Assembly: GCA_040954595.2 (NCBI GenBank)
Contig: CM082578.2
Location: forward strand, 2,462,831-2,526,830
Length of the DNA: 64,000 nucleotides
Source: Balanoglossus misakiensis
Lineage: Eukaryota; Animalia; Hemichordata
Direction of reading: 5' to 3'
A program made the translations under genes and the position numbers. The notes beneath the pieces were generated by a model. It was not told where the DNA came from. It worked only from the letters and a program-made list of their open reading frames with translations, and ran no database searches. Below are positions 24,701 through 37,429 of the stretch, one piece after another (the first letter of the stretch is position 1; every line of letters begins with the position of its first letter).

Positions 24701-27560
24701 GTAGATAGAATTACTTTTATCGATATAGCAATAGGATTTATGGAATACATAATGTAGAATAGAGGCCGAATTTTAGGTCCTGTTGATAATTCGCAAATAC
24801 ACATGATCATTGATAATTATGATGCCAAAAGGATCAAAGGATCAAAGGCCAAACACGTGATGTGGGTGTTGCTCCAGCACATCATATCATACTTGATCTA
24901 ATTGCTCCGATAAAATGGACGCATTCTTGCTTACCACTAATCAGGAAAACAAAGCAAATTTTGCAAAATGCTACACATAATGAAAAAAGTAGATCTCAAC
25001 ATTGGTCAGAAATTAATTGTAAGTGGAGGACCAAACTTCACCACTTTTGTTGTCGCAAAAGATACAGTGAAGAAGCAGATACGCGGATTGTTCTTAGTTC
25101 TACACGCAATTGCAGCGTCTGATAGAGGGGCAAGATGACTCCTTACGTCAACTTGTCATATCAACAGAAATCATCTTGATAAGAATGTGCTAAATATGAT
25201 AAAACTTTGTACATATTTAAACTGAAATACCATAGAATGGCCACAATATAAGTTGAATATAGTCTTTTTACAGTAAAAACATGCTGATAATGTATGTCCC
25301 TTTATAGCAATTGCAAATGCACTTTCGCATATTTCAAGAAATATACCAATTTTACTAAATCTTGAATTCATCAGCTCGCCATGGGAATTGAAAATGTCAT
25401 CAAGCATTTTCAAACTCTCAGAACTTAACTTTAAAATGGTGTATGACACAAAATGGTGTATGGCCAAGTCAGAGGGTTCGTTCTTTTCTTGGGAGATCTG
25501 CAACACTAATTAGAGTTGGGATATATTGAATTTTGACCCCATCTTTTGAAGGTGACCCTGAACTTTAAATTTAAAATATCAAAATATAAAAACTTATAGC
25601 ATTCTAGATCCAAACAGTGTAGTAAACTCGCCGTAAAATGTCATTTTGAACAAAGTCCATAATGCCCATTTTGTCACTTTGACCCGAAATTTGGGGATGA
25701 CCTTGACCTTGAACCCCAAAGTTCAATTTAGCAATCAAAAGATCGCACCCAACATTATAAGTTTGAGTGTTTAAATTTTATCTAAAGCTTAATTGGTAGC
25801 AAAGATATAGCAGGATTCTTATTTTTGTGATTTTCGCAAAATCTGCTATCCGTCGTTATGGTAACAGAATTTTAATATAAATAACAACCAAAGACGAAAA
25901 TCGGCCTATTTTTCTTAAACCAAATGTTCCATGCTACCTGATGACCAATTTACAGCCTCCTCGAGCAAACCGTTTTCCAGTAAATCGAAACTATGTATGA
26001 TCGATATGCAAAAAATAGCGCAATTTTTACTTTGACCCCGCGTTTTGAAGATGAACTTGACCTCTGACCTTGTCGGTCATGTAATCATTGGATAGCCCGT
26101 ACCCTACTTTATAAGACCCAATGTTTAAATTCTTTCTCTAGCTTTCTCAGAACCTGAAATATCTCATTTTAACTGTATGAGTACTCTTGCTATTCCTACC
26201 ATTCATTTTGTTGTCATTAAAACAGCAGGTTTTGCATATTAAGTATATGTAAACAGCAAAACAAATTAAAATCTTTGTAAACAATACATATGTCTATCTG
26301 GAGATCAAATTATAGCATTCTAGACCCAAACAGTGTTTAGTAAACGCTCGCCGTAAAATGTCATTTTGAACAAAAATCCATAATGTCCATTTTGTCACTT
26401 TGATCTGAAATTTGAGGATGACCTTGACCTTGATACCCAAAGTTCAAGTTAGCAATGAAAAGATCGCACCCGACATTATAAGTTTGAGTGTTTAAATTTT
26501 ATCTAAAGCTTAATTGGTAGCAAAGATATAGCAGGATTCTTATTTTTGTGATTTTCGCAAAATCTGCTATCCGTCGTTATGGTAACAGAATTTTAATATA
26601 AATAACAACCAAAGACGAAAATCGGCCTATTTTTCTTAAACCAATTGTTCCATGCTACCTGATGACCAATTTACAGCCTCCTCGAGCAAACCGTTTTCCA
26701 GTAAATCGAAACTATGTATGATCGATATGCAAAAAATAGCGCAATTTTTACTTTGACCCCGCGTTTTGAAGATGAACTTGACCTCTGACCTTGTCGGTCA
26801 TGTAATCATTGGATAGCCCGTACCCTACTTTATAAGACCCAATGTTTAAATTTTTCCTCTAGCTTTCTCAGATCCTGAAATATATCATTTTTTAACTGTA
26901 TGAGTACCCCTAAAATTATGCTATCGTTACCATGACAACCGCTCCTCACGGCCACACCCACCATTATTATGAGTGCAAACAACCTGATTCTGACAGCTGG
27001 ATAAATAGGCTTTCCAAAAATATATGTCTGCAAAAATCCTCAGGGGGGGGGAGGGTTTCGGTCTCTGGCCCATGGACTAAAAGTCCATAATAGTACGCCT
27101 ATCTGAGGTGCCCTTCTTAGGCACTGAAGACAGGGGTGAAGTCGCTATGGGAACTGAAAGTGGTTTGGAATCAAATGGCCCAACTGTGGCACCATAGGCT
27201 ACCTCTGTACAAACAAACGCATCAATATGCTGTGCGAAAAGCAGAGCTGAAACGTGATTGCGCGCGTTGGAAACAGGCAGACTTCTGAAGTTAATTCGAG
27301 AAAATCTGCAATTAATGCTACATTTGAGGTTCTGTAGTCTCGCGCGTCAAGCGGGAATGTTAAGCGCTGAAGGGACTAGAATGCGAAGCCCTGCGAAGTT
27401 AATAGGAATTAGCCCAGAGTTAAAAAAAGCTTTGTGGGTACGTGTGAACCAGTCTTTGGAAATAACAGGCGTTGGTGGCCAAGTCGAAATACTCGGTGAA
27501 ACCCAATGTGGAATTAATGGGTGGAAAGCAACTTTCTAAGCTAATACCTTGTCCGGTAAA
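21786..27560 (-). mobile_element. Decayed DIRS/Ngaro-type retrotransposon RT region, interrupted at 22514-27079
   Basis: Minus-strand motifs in order: NHVSA..GPF..SPLSSVPKKGTSDRRTIMD (27083-27260), SFPPSSSVNANI, YPSID, KLDLRRANRQLPVDP, LPFGLRSA, LDDF (~22165-22175), LIGKLSF; stops and frameshifts present. Confidence 0.85.
22514..27079 (+). mobile_element. Academ DNA transposon, internally decayed, with long TIRs
   Basis: aaa|tagtccatgggccagagaccgaaacc ... ggtttcggtctctggcccatggacta|aaa (TAG termini, 3-bp TSD); ~770-bp TIRs; transposase remnants DYARY..P...GDF..KGAGGVIG..ALEKW (23919-24353) and EEADTR (~25070-25090). Confidence 0.85.
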
Positions 27561-28107
27561 AGATCACAATAGAAAGTACCAACGCCAATGCAGTTGTAAC
27601 ATAATTATATTTTGGCACATCCTGACGTAGCTGGCGCTAGTTAATGACTCTCTTCAACGTTTCAATTAATCCTGCCGGAGATGGCGCTAATTAATGACAA
27701 ACCTGGTACACCTGGGTAAACTCTTTTCTCACGCAGAGCACAGACCATATTTATTCTGTATGGGGCGGCCGTAGTAGTCCTGTTTCATAAGTCAGGTCCA
27801 AGACATATGTACAGACATCTGTGATTGGTCTATCTGGTAATCTTAGGTCCACTTGCGGCACGCTGATTGGAGGGACCTTATTAGGTTAGGTCTTATTACT
27901 ATGTATTATTCACTAGACCTTTTTCGCTCCAGGGATGGGGTGACTGTGCGGGAATTTTGACTTCAGGAACTGAAGCCTTCACGTACCACTAACCGGAATA
28001 CAACATTGGAGAATGACGTGTGCCATGCTGAGGGACAGTGAGGAATTCTCCGGCTTTTGGGGGACTTTCGTGCCTCTTGAGGTAGAGTAAGTTTTATAGC
28101 GAACATA

Positions 28108-28220
28108 GAACTTTCTAGCAAATCCTAATATGCAAATCTATGTACGCTGTATGCATTGCTGATAGTGGCGTGACGAGCGAAGAGGGAACTTTCTAGCAAA
28201 TCCTAATATGCAAATCTATT
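28108..28220. repeat. 79-bp-period direct repeat (gaactttctagcaaatcctaatatgcaaatcta x2)
   Basis: Direct reading. Confidence 0.8.
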
Positions 28221-28285
28221 CATGCTGCATGTTTTGCGGATAGAGGCGTGATTGATGGACATGGAACGTTCCAGCGATTCCTCGT

Positions 28286-28610
28286 TTGTGGATGCTTCGG
28301 GAATTCGGACTTTGCCAGCAGAACTGAACGGAATTTTGTGGATGCTTGGGGAATTCGGACTTTGCCAGCAGAACTGAACGGAATTGTGTGGATGCTTAGG
28401 GAATTCGGACTTTGCCAGCAGAACTGAACGGAATTGTGTGGATGCTTCGGGAATTCGGACTTTGCCAGCAGAACTGAACGGAATTGTGTGGATGCTTCGA
28501 GACATATGACTTTGCCAGCAGAACTGAACGGAAGTTTGTGGATTCTTCGGGAATTCGGACATTGCCAGCAGAACTGAACGGAATTTCGTGGATGCGGTTG
28601 GGACTTGGAC
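28286..28610. repeat. 50-bp tandem repeat, ~6 copies
   Basis: gtggatgcttcgggaattcggactttgccagcagaactgaacggaatt repeated. Confidence 0.95.
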
Positions 28611-28693
28611 ATCGCAATTATATGTAAGCTTTTCGATACCGGAGTTGAACTCTGTGATTTAATTATTCATACATTGACATGGAGAATCCTTAA

Positions 28694-29021
28694 AGGGACA
28701 AAGTCTCTCTCTCGCTGCCCCTTTTCCATTAATTATGTTTGATACAAGACACCGTTTGTGTTATTTGATATGTAGATATATAGTGAATTTAACTTTGACC
28801 ACACACAACTTTCATCCCGTTTGTAAGATTTCACCCAAAATGAAGAGACTGATTATTCCTTTTGGCGAGTTTTTTTCACTCTCGTGTCTACAAGTGGAAT
28901 GGAAGGTGTGTAGTCGAACGTTGATTCAATATGTACCCACATGTACATTTTACATAAACTGTGTCTTGTATCAAGCATTATTAATGGAAAAAAGTGGCAG
29001 CGAGAGAGACACTTTGTCCCT
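28694..29021. mobile_element. Kolobok-like MITE (TTAA TSD); same family as 48694-49047
   Basis: ttaa|agggacaaagtctctctct ... gagagagacactttgtccct|ttaa. Confidence 0.85.
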
Positions 29022-29145
29022 TTAACGGAACTGGACATGGAGCGCAGCTATATAGATTTCCAGTCGGTGATTCCCTGGATGGAAGTTAACCATTAATTGT
29101 CAGTTGTGTCTGTCCATCAGGTTTTAGTCCAGGAGATAGGTGCCG

Positions 29146-31380
29146 TTAATCAGAATTTTTGGTAAGGAAGGTTTGAGAAGTCCATTCTATGTAGAAAATG
29201 GTGCTGATTCCATAAAAGTCAGTCTTATTGACCCCACTCAAGACAAAATTGCCATTTTGGCCATTTTTAACCCAAAAAAGGTCATTTTTAGAAAACACTA
29301 AAAACACACTGTTTTCGTCACATTCTGAGATCTGATGACATATGATATGCTTATTCTATGTAAAATTTCGTGAATATTACGAAAAAAGTAGTCCGATTAA
29401 CCCAAAACAACATAAAATTTTTGAGTGTTTTCTAGAAATGACGTTTTGGGGAAAAAGTGTCAAAAATGGCAATTTCGTCTTGAGTAGGGTCAATAAGACT
29501 GCTATTTCTGGAATCAGCACCATTTTTTACATAGAATGAACATTTCATATATCACATGATCTCTGAACTTTATGAAGAAAAGTTTGTTTTTAATTGTTTT
29601 CTAAAAATGGCCTTTTGGGGCAAAAACTTTCCAAAAAGGCATTTTTACATTATGTTGGGTCAATAAATCTGCTTTTTTATAATAGTGACCAAATTTTACA
29701 TAGGGTGGGCATATAATACATTATCAGATCTCCGAAAGTGAAGAAAATATATAAGTTTTGAGTGTTTTCTCAAAATGACGTTTTTGGGCAAAAAGTGGCA
29801 AAATGGCATTTTTATTGAGTAGGGTCAATAAGATTGCTATTTCCGGAAGCAGCACCATTTTTTACACAGAATGAATATTTCATATATCAAATGATCTCTG
29901 AATATGAAGAAAACAATTTGTTTTTAGTATTTTTTGTAAAAATGACCTTTTTTGACCTTAAAAAGTGGCCAAAAATGGCATTTTTGTATTGATTGAGGTC
30001 AAAAAGGCTGCTTTATTTTTTAAAGTCACCACTTTCAAGATAGAATTGACTTTCCATATATCACCAGATAAATCATTACAAAGAAAACCGTGTGTTCTAG
30101 TTTTTTTCTAAAAATGACGTTTTTGGGGCAAAAAATTGTCAAAAAGGCAATTTTGTGTTGCTTTGGGTCAATCGGACTACTTTTTTCGTAATATTAACCA
30201 AATTTTGCATAGAATAAGCATATCATATGTCATCAGATCTCAGAATGTGACGAAAACAGTGTGTTTTTTAGCGTTTTCTAAAAATGACCTTTTTTGGGTT
30301 AAAAATGGCCAAAATAGCAATTTTGTCTTGATTGGGGTCAATAAGACAAACCTGATTAATCAGAATTTTTGGTAAGGAAGGTTTGAGAATGTAAAAAAAA
30401 TGGTGCTGATTCCAAAAAAGTCAGTCTTATTGACCTTACTCAATAAAAACATGCCAATTTTGCCAATTTTTTCCCAAAAACGTCATTTTTAGAAAACACT
30501 CAAAATTTATATATTTTCTTCACTTTCAGAGATCTGATAATTTATTATATGCCCACCATATGTAAAATTTGGTGACTATTCCAAAAAAGCAGATTTATTG
30601 ACCTAACATAATGCAAAAATGCCTTTTTTGGAAGTTTTTGCCCAAAAAGGCCATTTTTAGAAAAAAAATAAAAACAAACTTTTCTTCATAAAGTTCAGAG
30701 ATCATGTGATATATGAAATGTTCATTCTATGTAAAAAAAATGGTGCTGATTCCAGAAAAAACAGTCTTATTGACCCTATTCAAGACAAAACTGTCATTTT
30801 GACACTTTTTGCCCCAAAACGTCATTTCTAAAAAACACTCAAAACGTTTATAATTTTCTTCACTTTTGGAGATCTGATAATGTATTATATGCCCACTCTA
30901 TGTGAAAAATTTCCAAAAAGCAGTTTTCTTGATGCGTTCAAGATAAAAGCGCCTTTTTGGCAAGTTTTTGCCCAAAAAGTGTCATTTGCACAAAATTGTT
31001 ATTTTTAAGAATATATTAATAGCATTCTCTTTTCTTCACTTTCGGTGATCTTATTATAAATAAAGGCCTATTCTATATTGAAACGTGGTTACTGTTCCAA
31101 AAACGGAAGCCTTACTTACCCTATTCAATAGAAAATTGTCATTTCGGCCACTTTTTTTGGTCAAAAATGTCATTAAAAACAAACAAACAAACTAAAGACA
31201 AATTGTTTTCTTCATATTCAGAGATCTGATCTTGTATGAAGAGTCCATTCTGTGTAAAATTTGGTGACTATTCCAAAAACGGCAGTCTGGTTGGCCCCAC
31301 TCTTGTCAAAATTGCCCTTTTGGCTATTTGTAGCCAAAATTAGATCTACTCAAGAAAAATTTATCCCTTTAGCCACTTTG
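29146..31380. repeat. Diverged AT-rich ~125-bp satellite-like array with orientation switches; further relics at 32080-32465
   Basis: Recurrent ttattgaccc / aaaatgac.ttttt / cagatctc motifs; 29227-29430 is inverted relative to 30150-30346, and 29440-29870 relative to 30400-30830. Confidence 0.8.
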
Positions 31381-32469
31381 TACCGAAAAAATGTTTGTAT
31401 TTTGAGTTTTAACAAAATTAGCCCAAGTTGAACTCATAATGATGATGAAACAGCGTCGAGAGAAAAAGAAGTTACGAATTGAACAAAACTCGCGTCAATG
31501 AATGTAAACACGCCGCTCGGGACCAAGCTCTAAACATGATACAGATGACAAAAGACATGCATTGCACATTGCCCAAATATTCCCATAGAGCAGCTCCAAA
31601 TTAAAACGTCAAGGAATTTAATTATATTTATTTGGTTTAAGCCCACATTTTCCCTGCTGCGTGCTTGTTAAGGGGCCATTTATAGCAGTGCTCTATTTAG
31701 TATTCTAGCATCGTTGGATTGCACTCCTGTTCAATCACAATGACGGGGGTATCATGATATAAATTATACATGTGTAATATAATTTCTGATTTTGTATTCA
31801 GATTGAAGAGGATAAATTTTAACAATCTCTCCAGAGTTGGCATATCTGAACATAAATATTTCCCACCTGGCATAATCGACTTATAGTAGACAGTAACGGT
31901 GTGTAAACATGGATCGTCTTATTGTTGAGTTCAGGGGCTAAATGTGCCAAATTGTGGCAACTCTGTTTTTCAATATTATCAATTTTATTGATATTATATG
32001 GTTATGACGTTTTAAATATGCATATACAACATCAGAACTCAAAAGGCAAAAACATCAATTATATTTGTTTTATGAAAATGACTATTGTTGACCAAAAGAT
32101 GGCTTAATGGCAATTTTGTACTGAGCGGGGTGACTCAATAAGACCGTTGTGCTGGTATCAGCATATTTTTTGCAAAAAACAAAAACAACGGAATTTCCAT
32201 ACATCACAAGAGCTATGAATATGAAGAACTAAATTTGTTTTTATTTTTTCTATCAGTTACCTTTTTGAGCAAAGAGGCCAAAATGGTACTTTTTCCCTCT
32301 GTAGGGTTAGTAAGAGTGGGTTATTTAAATGTCACTACTTTCAAGATAGAATAGACTTTTATATATCATTAGATCACCATTGGGAAAAAAATGGCATGTT
32401 TTTAAAAGGCAAATTTGACTAGAGTGGGGCCAACCAGACTGCCGTTTTTGGAATAGTCACCAAATTCAT

Positions 32470-32605
32470 GGAAAAGAAGACTAAGTTTTGTCAGATGTGC
32501 AAGAACATCAGCCATAAGATGCAATGAAGCTATGAATTCATAAGTTGAAACAATCTTCAATAATCCAATGGCAGCACTTTCTCCATTATTTGCATCATCT
32601 GGCAA
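32470..32605 (-). pseudogene. hAT (ZNF862-like) transposase fragment
   Basis: AAIGLLKIVSTYEFIASLHLMADVLAHLTKLSLLF resembles the ZNF862/hAT insertion-domain helix motif. Confidence 0.55.
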
Positions 32606-34253
32606 TGGCTGGGTCCAATGGTCATGAAAAATATGAAAAATAATGATTTAAAAAGCATCTTCTCAAAATCGGCAAGGACTTGGACATTTAAATTTGGCAT
32701 ATTTAAATTGCTGACAGAATTTTGATTCATCATTTTTATGGAAATGAGACCAATTTTAAAGTTTCATATTATCTTCATATTGATGTGTGTGCATGGCTGA
32801 AAACCTCAATAAGAACCACATCTTTGTTGAAGTTAAATATCAACTCAACAAACAATCTGGTTCCTTTAGAGGCTACAGTCATACTCTGAGAACTTGCAAT
32901 GGTAGTATAGTCGTCTTCGCAAACTCTGTTTATCAGCAAGTCCAACTCAGGACCTTACACATGTACAAGGCATTGTATCCACTCAAGTCTGTAGAGAAAA
33001 ATTGACAAAGCTTAAAGTACAATATTTGGACCATCACTTTTAGTGGTGATACATAGCCCTATTGGTTTGCCTGGAATTAGGTATGCACATAATCAATGAG
33101 TTAAGCAGGTGTCACAAGTGACCCTAAATTTTGGCTTCTTATTTTGGTCCTATGCTGCATGCTGCATACTGGTCACTGGTCAATAGGACTATTGCACCGA
33201 CCAGAATTCTACAAAACGCTGTGGCCATAGCTTAACTATAGTGGAATAAGTATAGGTATAGATTTCATAAAAAAATAATATAAAAAAATCAGTCGATTTT
33301 TCATATTATTTTTTCTGGTTTGAATTGATTGTCGGAAGGTGGGCTAGCTCCACACTCAATTTGAAACTGATCAGCCCAGAGGATGTTCAGATATTGGCTA
33401 TAAATCAAAAATCCTAGGTGGTCATAGCTTAACCATGGAAAGTAGAGGCCAATGGCTGGGTCCAATGGTCGTGAAAAATAATGCTTTAAAAATCATCTTC
33501 TCAAAATCGGCAAGGACTTGAACATTTAAATTTGGCATATATAAATTGCTGACAGAATTTTGATTTGTCATTTTTTATGAAAATGAGACCAATTTTAAAG
33601 TTTAAATCCAGGTTGACTGCCAGGTCATGTGACCTGTTGCCATTGTGACATGATCAGAAAATTACTCTCTATGTGTTTTACCTATGAGCCAACTTTCAAG
33701 TGATTGGGTGCAACAGTCTTTTAAGAGTAGGAAGAAGAATAAAAAAACAACACGATTTCAAGAGGGTTTCGAGACCCCTTTAGTTTCGAAACCCTAATTT
33801 GTGAACTTGTAAAGTTCCTTCAAGTGATACCCTAATAAATACATCCCAACTGAACCCACGTCAAACTTGATCTGAATATATACATTCCAATGGACCCCAT
33901 TCAAACTTTACAAGGAATTAAACAATAGATAAATGGTAGATTGTTGAAATTCAGCCACATGATGTTCCATATTATCTTGATAGTATGTGTGTTACTGAAA
34001 ACCTCAATAAGAACCACATCTTTGTTGAAGTAAAATATCAACTCAACAAAAAATCTGGTTCCTTCAGAGTCTACAGTCATACTCTGAGAACTTGCAATGG
34101 TGGTATAGTCATTTTCGCAAGCTCTGTTTATCAGCAAGTCCAACTCAGGACCTTATACATGTACAAGGCATTGTGTATCCACTCAAGTCTGTAGGGAAAA
34201 ATTGACAAAGCTTAAAGTACAATATTTGGACCATCACTTTTATTAATAGTGAT
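32601..34253 (+). repeat. Diverged direct duplication (32601-33050 versus 33450-33603 plus 33965-34253)
   Basis: caatggctgggtccaatggtc and aaacctcaataagaaccacatc blocks occur twice; ORFs 32787 and 33985 are homologous. Confidence 0.85.
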
Positions 34254-35978
34254 ACATTGTGTGTACTTGTGTTAACACATCTGTGCCATCACTTATTGTA
34301 CGGTTGTATTCAGCCCTTTTTGGGGGTGGCGGGGGTGTTTCCCCCCACACATAAAAAACATGCTCCCCCCAAATAAACCCCTAACAACAAACAAGCAAAG
34401 GTTATCTGGAATGTGATTGATTACATTCCTTTTATGATTACTCCAACAATAGATGCAGAGGTAGCTGAAGAAGGGGACAATTCCAGAAAAGGGTTTTGTC
34501 TAGCAAGGGTATTCCTGTGAAAGTCCCGGATATTGATGATGGCTGAAGCCAATTGTACTGGTATCACATCAGTTGACATGTAAATGGTTAGGATCTCAAA
34601 AATATCATAAGTGGATGAATTCATACTGGATCTTGTGATCATGCTTGATGGACAATGATGTCACGTCATCTTTGGTAAATTGTGATTAAAATTAACAGTT
34701 AATACACGTATTTGTTTTTATCCAGGTATGGGGTTCATACAGAGACCATTAAGTATGTTCTAAAACATGTCACTAGGTCAATTACTGGCATAAAATATCA
34801 TTTGTGAATGGTTTAAGTGGTCCTGAAATGTCTCAGATTTGAGATGGCCTTGCCAGCCAGACCTGGACCAGTGTAAGGATTAACACCTCTCTACAACCCA
34901 TTGTCTATGCATGGGGGCTGACCCTCAGCGCCTATACATAAACTTTGTGAAGCGACTGAAAGGATTAATGCTCCGTGTTTACCATGGGCAAATAGTGTCT
35001 CTCAAACATTTTGAATTTTACCCTGTGTGCACCTGGTAAAGGACACTATGTTGAGAAATGTTATCCAAACAGGTTTTGGTGACTTTTGGTGACTATCCAG
35101 ACAATTGTTGTATTAAGTTACACCACGGTTACTAGAAAAGTAGTACCCCACACTGAAGGAGCTTGCAAGATTTCTCAACTTTATTTCAAGCAAAATTTTG
35201 ACTATTTCACAAAATAGTGTGAATGACAACATAGTAGAATAACATTTTTCTCTTTTTTGCACTTCTGGCATCATTTATTGGCCTCTATAGTGGATTCTGA
35301 TGTTGTTCCAGTGTTGTGCTGAGGCTAAGTTTAATTAAATGTTTCAATTTCATAGTTGCTCAAGTTCAATAGTGTCTTATGCATAATTAGGCATTGCTAT
35401 GCAAATTGCTTCAGAAATGCCTTGTTTCTTACCTCAAGACAGCGCTCTGGGTGAGGCCACAGATCAATGTTATGGACTTGAACTTGACCTTTGATACTCA
35501 GCTGATAGCCTAGTTTTCTTCTGCCATCACAATGCATCAAAATCCTGGACCTGCAGTCTCCGCGAATGCTAGGCTCAGTCATCTAGTTCTATGGACATGC
35601 ATAAAATATGTACTTTAGTTGATTAAACCAGAATTGCATTTATTACAATCACTTGGACTGGATACAGCTCAAGAATAATCTTCATAGACTATATTTTTCT
35701 AGCTGAAAGTACTGCTTTGTATTTAGGATTTCCATTGATTTTTGATAACGCCCATGAGTAGCCATTAATTACAACCATGTGAATAACTTGAAACCAAAGT
35801 GTTAAATTGAAGGGCACGTCATGATTTTTTTTCTGCTGATGTAATTATTTTTTGTTGTTACCGAAAAATGTCTCCTGTTGTTTTAACAGCGAAACAGGTT
35901 ACATGTACATAATTGGTTAAGTATTTGCCTGAGCAAAAGCTCATCTAATAATTGATTTTCTCTGTGCAGTACATTTAA

Positions 35979-36712
35979 GGTGGCACTGCATGAAACCGTC
36001 GAGACTTTTTCAGAGGCCTATTTCTCATCAAAGACAAAGTTAAAACCCCCATAAACCATATATATTCTGGAAGCTGAGATTTTGAACTTTTGTTTGAGTT
36101 GCAAATATTATTGATCCCCGGAAATGGTGGCGATTTTGGGTGAAAAAAAACATTTTTTGATATTATGTCATGAAATTTAAAATAGGTAAAAAAGTTGACC
36201 ATGCATCATGCATCTTAATATGTCATTCGAAACTAGAGTACACGTGCAAAAAAACGCTAATTTTGTTTTGCGTTATCTGCTTCCATTGAGGAGTAACAGC
36301 GTTTGAAAGTTAGATTTTTAGCAAAATTTGATCAAATTCACGGTGAGTTGTATTGAATCAGAGTTTATTCCCGCCAGGGACACTTTATCGACAAACAAAA
36401 CTAGCGTTTTGTTGGATGGGTCATACACAATTCCCTGTCAAAATTTGAGCAAATTCGGCCAACGCAGGGCGAAGCTATTTCAGTCCGAAGTTGTCAAAAG
36501 CAGCGAAAATGCAAACTGAGAAAAACGGCTATTTGCATTGTTGACACCTATTTGTTAAGCTGTGAACACATTCAGAAAAGTGCTATTTTGAGGTGATTAT
36601 GCACCATTTCCGCCAAGACGTATTAGTCAGGGTGTGGGTCAGTATAAGGCCTACCGATTTATGTAAAAAAGTAAAATTTGGCAAAAATCACAACTTTTCA
36701 TGCAGTGCCACC
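35979..36712. mobile_element. Kolobok-like non-autonomous element (TTAA TSD)
   Basis: ttaa|ggtggcactgcatgaaa ... tttcatgcagtgccacc|ttaa. Confidence 0.85.
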
Positions 36713-37429
36713 TTAACACTTGTGTCACAGACACAATTTTCTTCATGGGAATGTGCAATTGAGATATGAGCTGCACATGTTTACCTGATTTGTGGTTGTC
36801 AAGATCCTCAAGCCATCGCCAAAAGTATTCTGCACCATGACTCCATTCCAATCGATCTCACTCATATTAACCTGATCCACATTTTTTCCTGGTACAGGGT
36901 GACGGTCATTGGTTCCCCAAAATTAGAAAATAACTTCCAATTTTCGGTACTAACACCACCAGCACGTGAAGCTTGACCGTTTTGGTGGCACCTACTCTAG
37001 AGGACCCTGTCCCCTCCCCAAAGTTTTTACAGAGAAGGCCAATTGCTCTCTCCAGATCCTCACACTCTAGAGAGAGCCCCTATCTAAAGGAGAAGTCCCA
37101 CCAACTATCAGTTTTGAAACTGGAAGCTGCAGCTTCTTCAAACATTAATTCTTCAAACAATACTAAATTAATTAACCCTGGAATGGGCCCAATTAAGCTC
37201 ACCCCCTCCCCCGATCCCTCCTCCAGCACAAGGTGACTCAATCTGGTTGACAAAGTCAGTTCCGATCGAATCTTCCTTTTGATGATTGCAGATGGAGCTC
37301 TCGTAGATGAAGTGGCCACCATGAACCTGTAGACAGAACAAAACAAAAAGATGTCCATCATTATATGCAAAAATTGAGGCATTTATGTGTATGATGTGCA
37401 ATGCGTGCCCATCAGTCCACAATCCACCA

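Noticed and set aside
28286-28610. Tandem arrays (50, 70, 103, 127, 159 bp) as CRISPR-like arrays
   Set aside because: Whole units repeat with no unique spacers, there are no cas genes, and the context is eukaryotic.
35979-36712. TTAA elements as piggyBac
   Set aside because: Their termini are AG/GG/GA..YY rather than the CC..GG typical of piggyBac, which fits Kolobok better.
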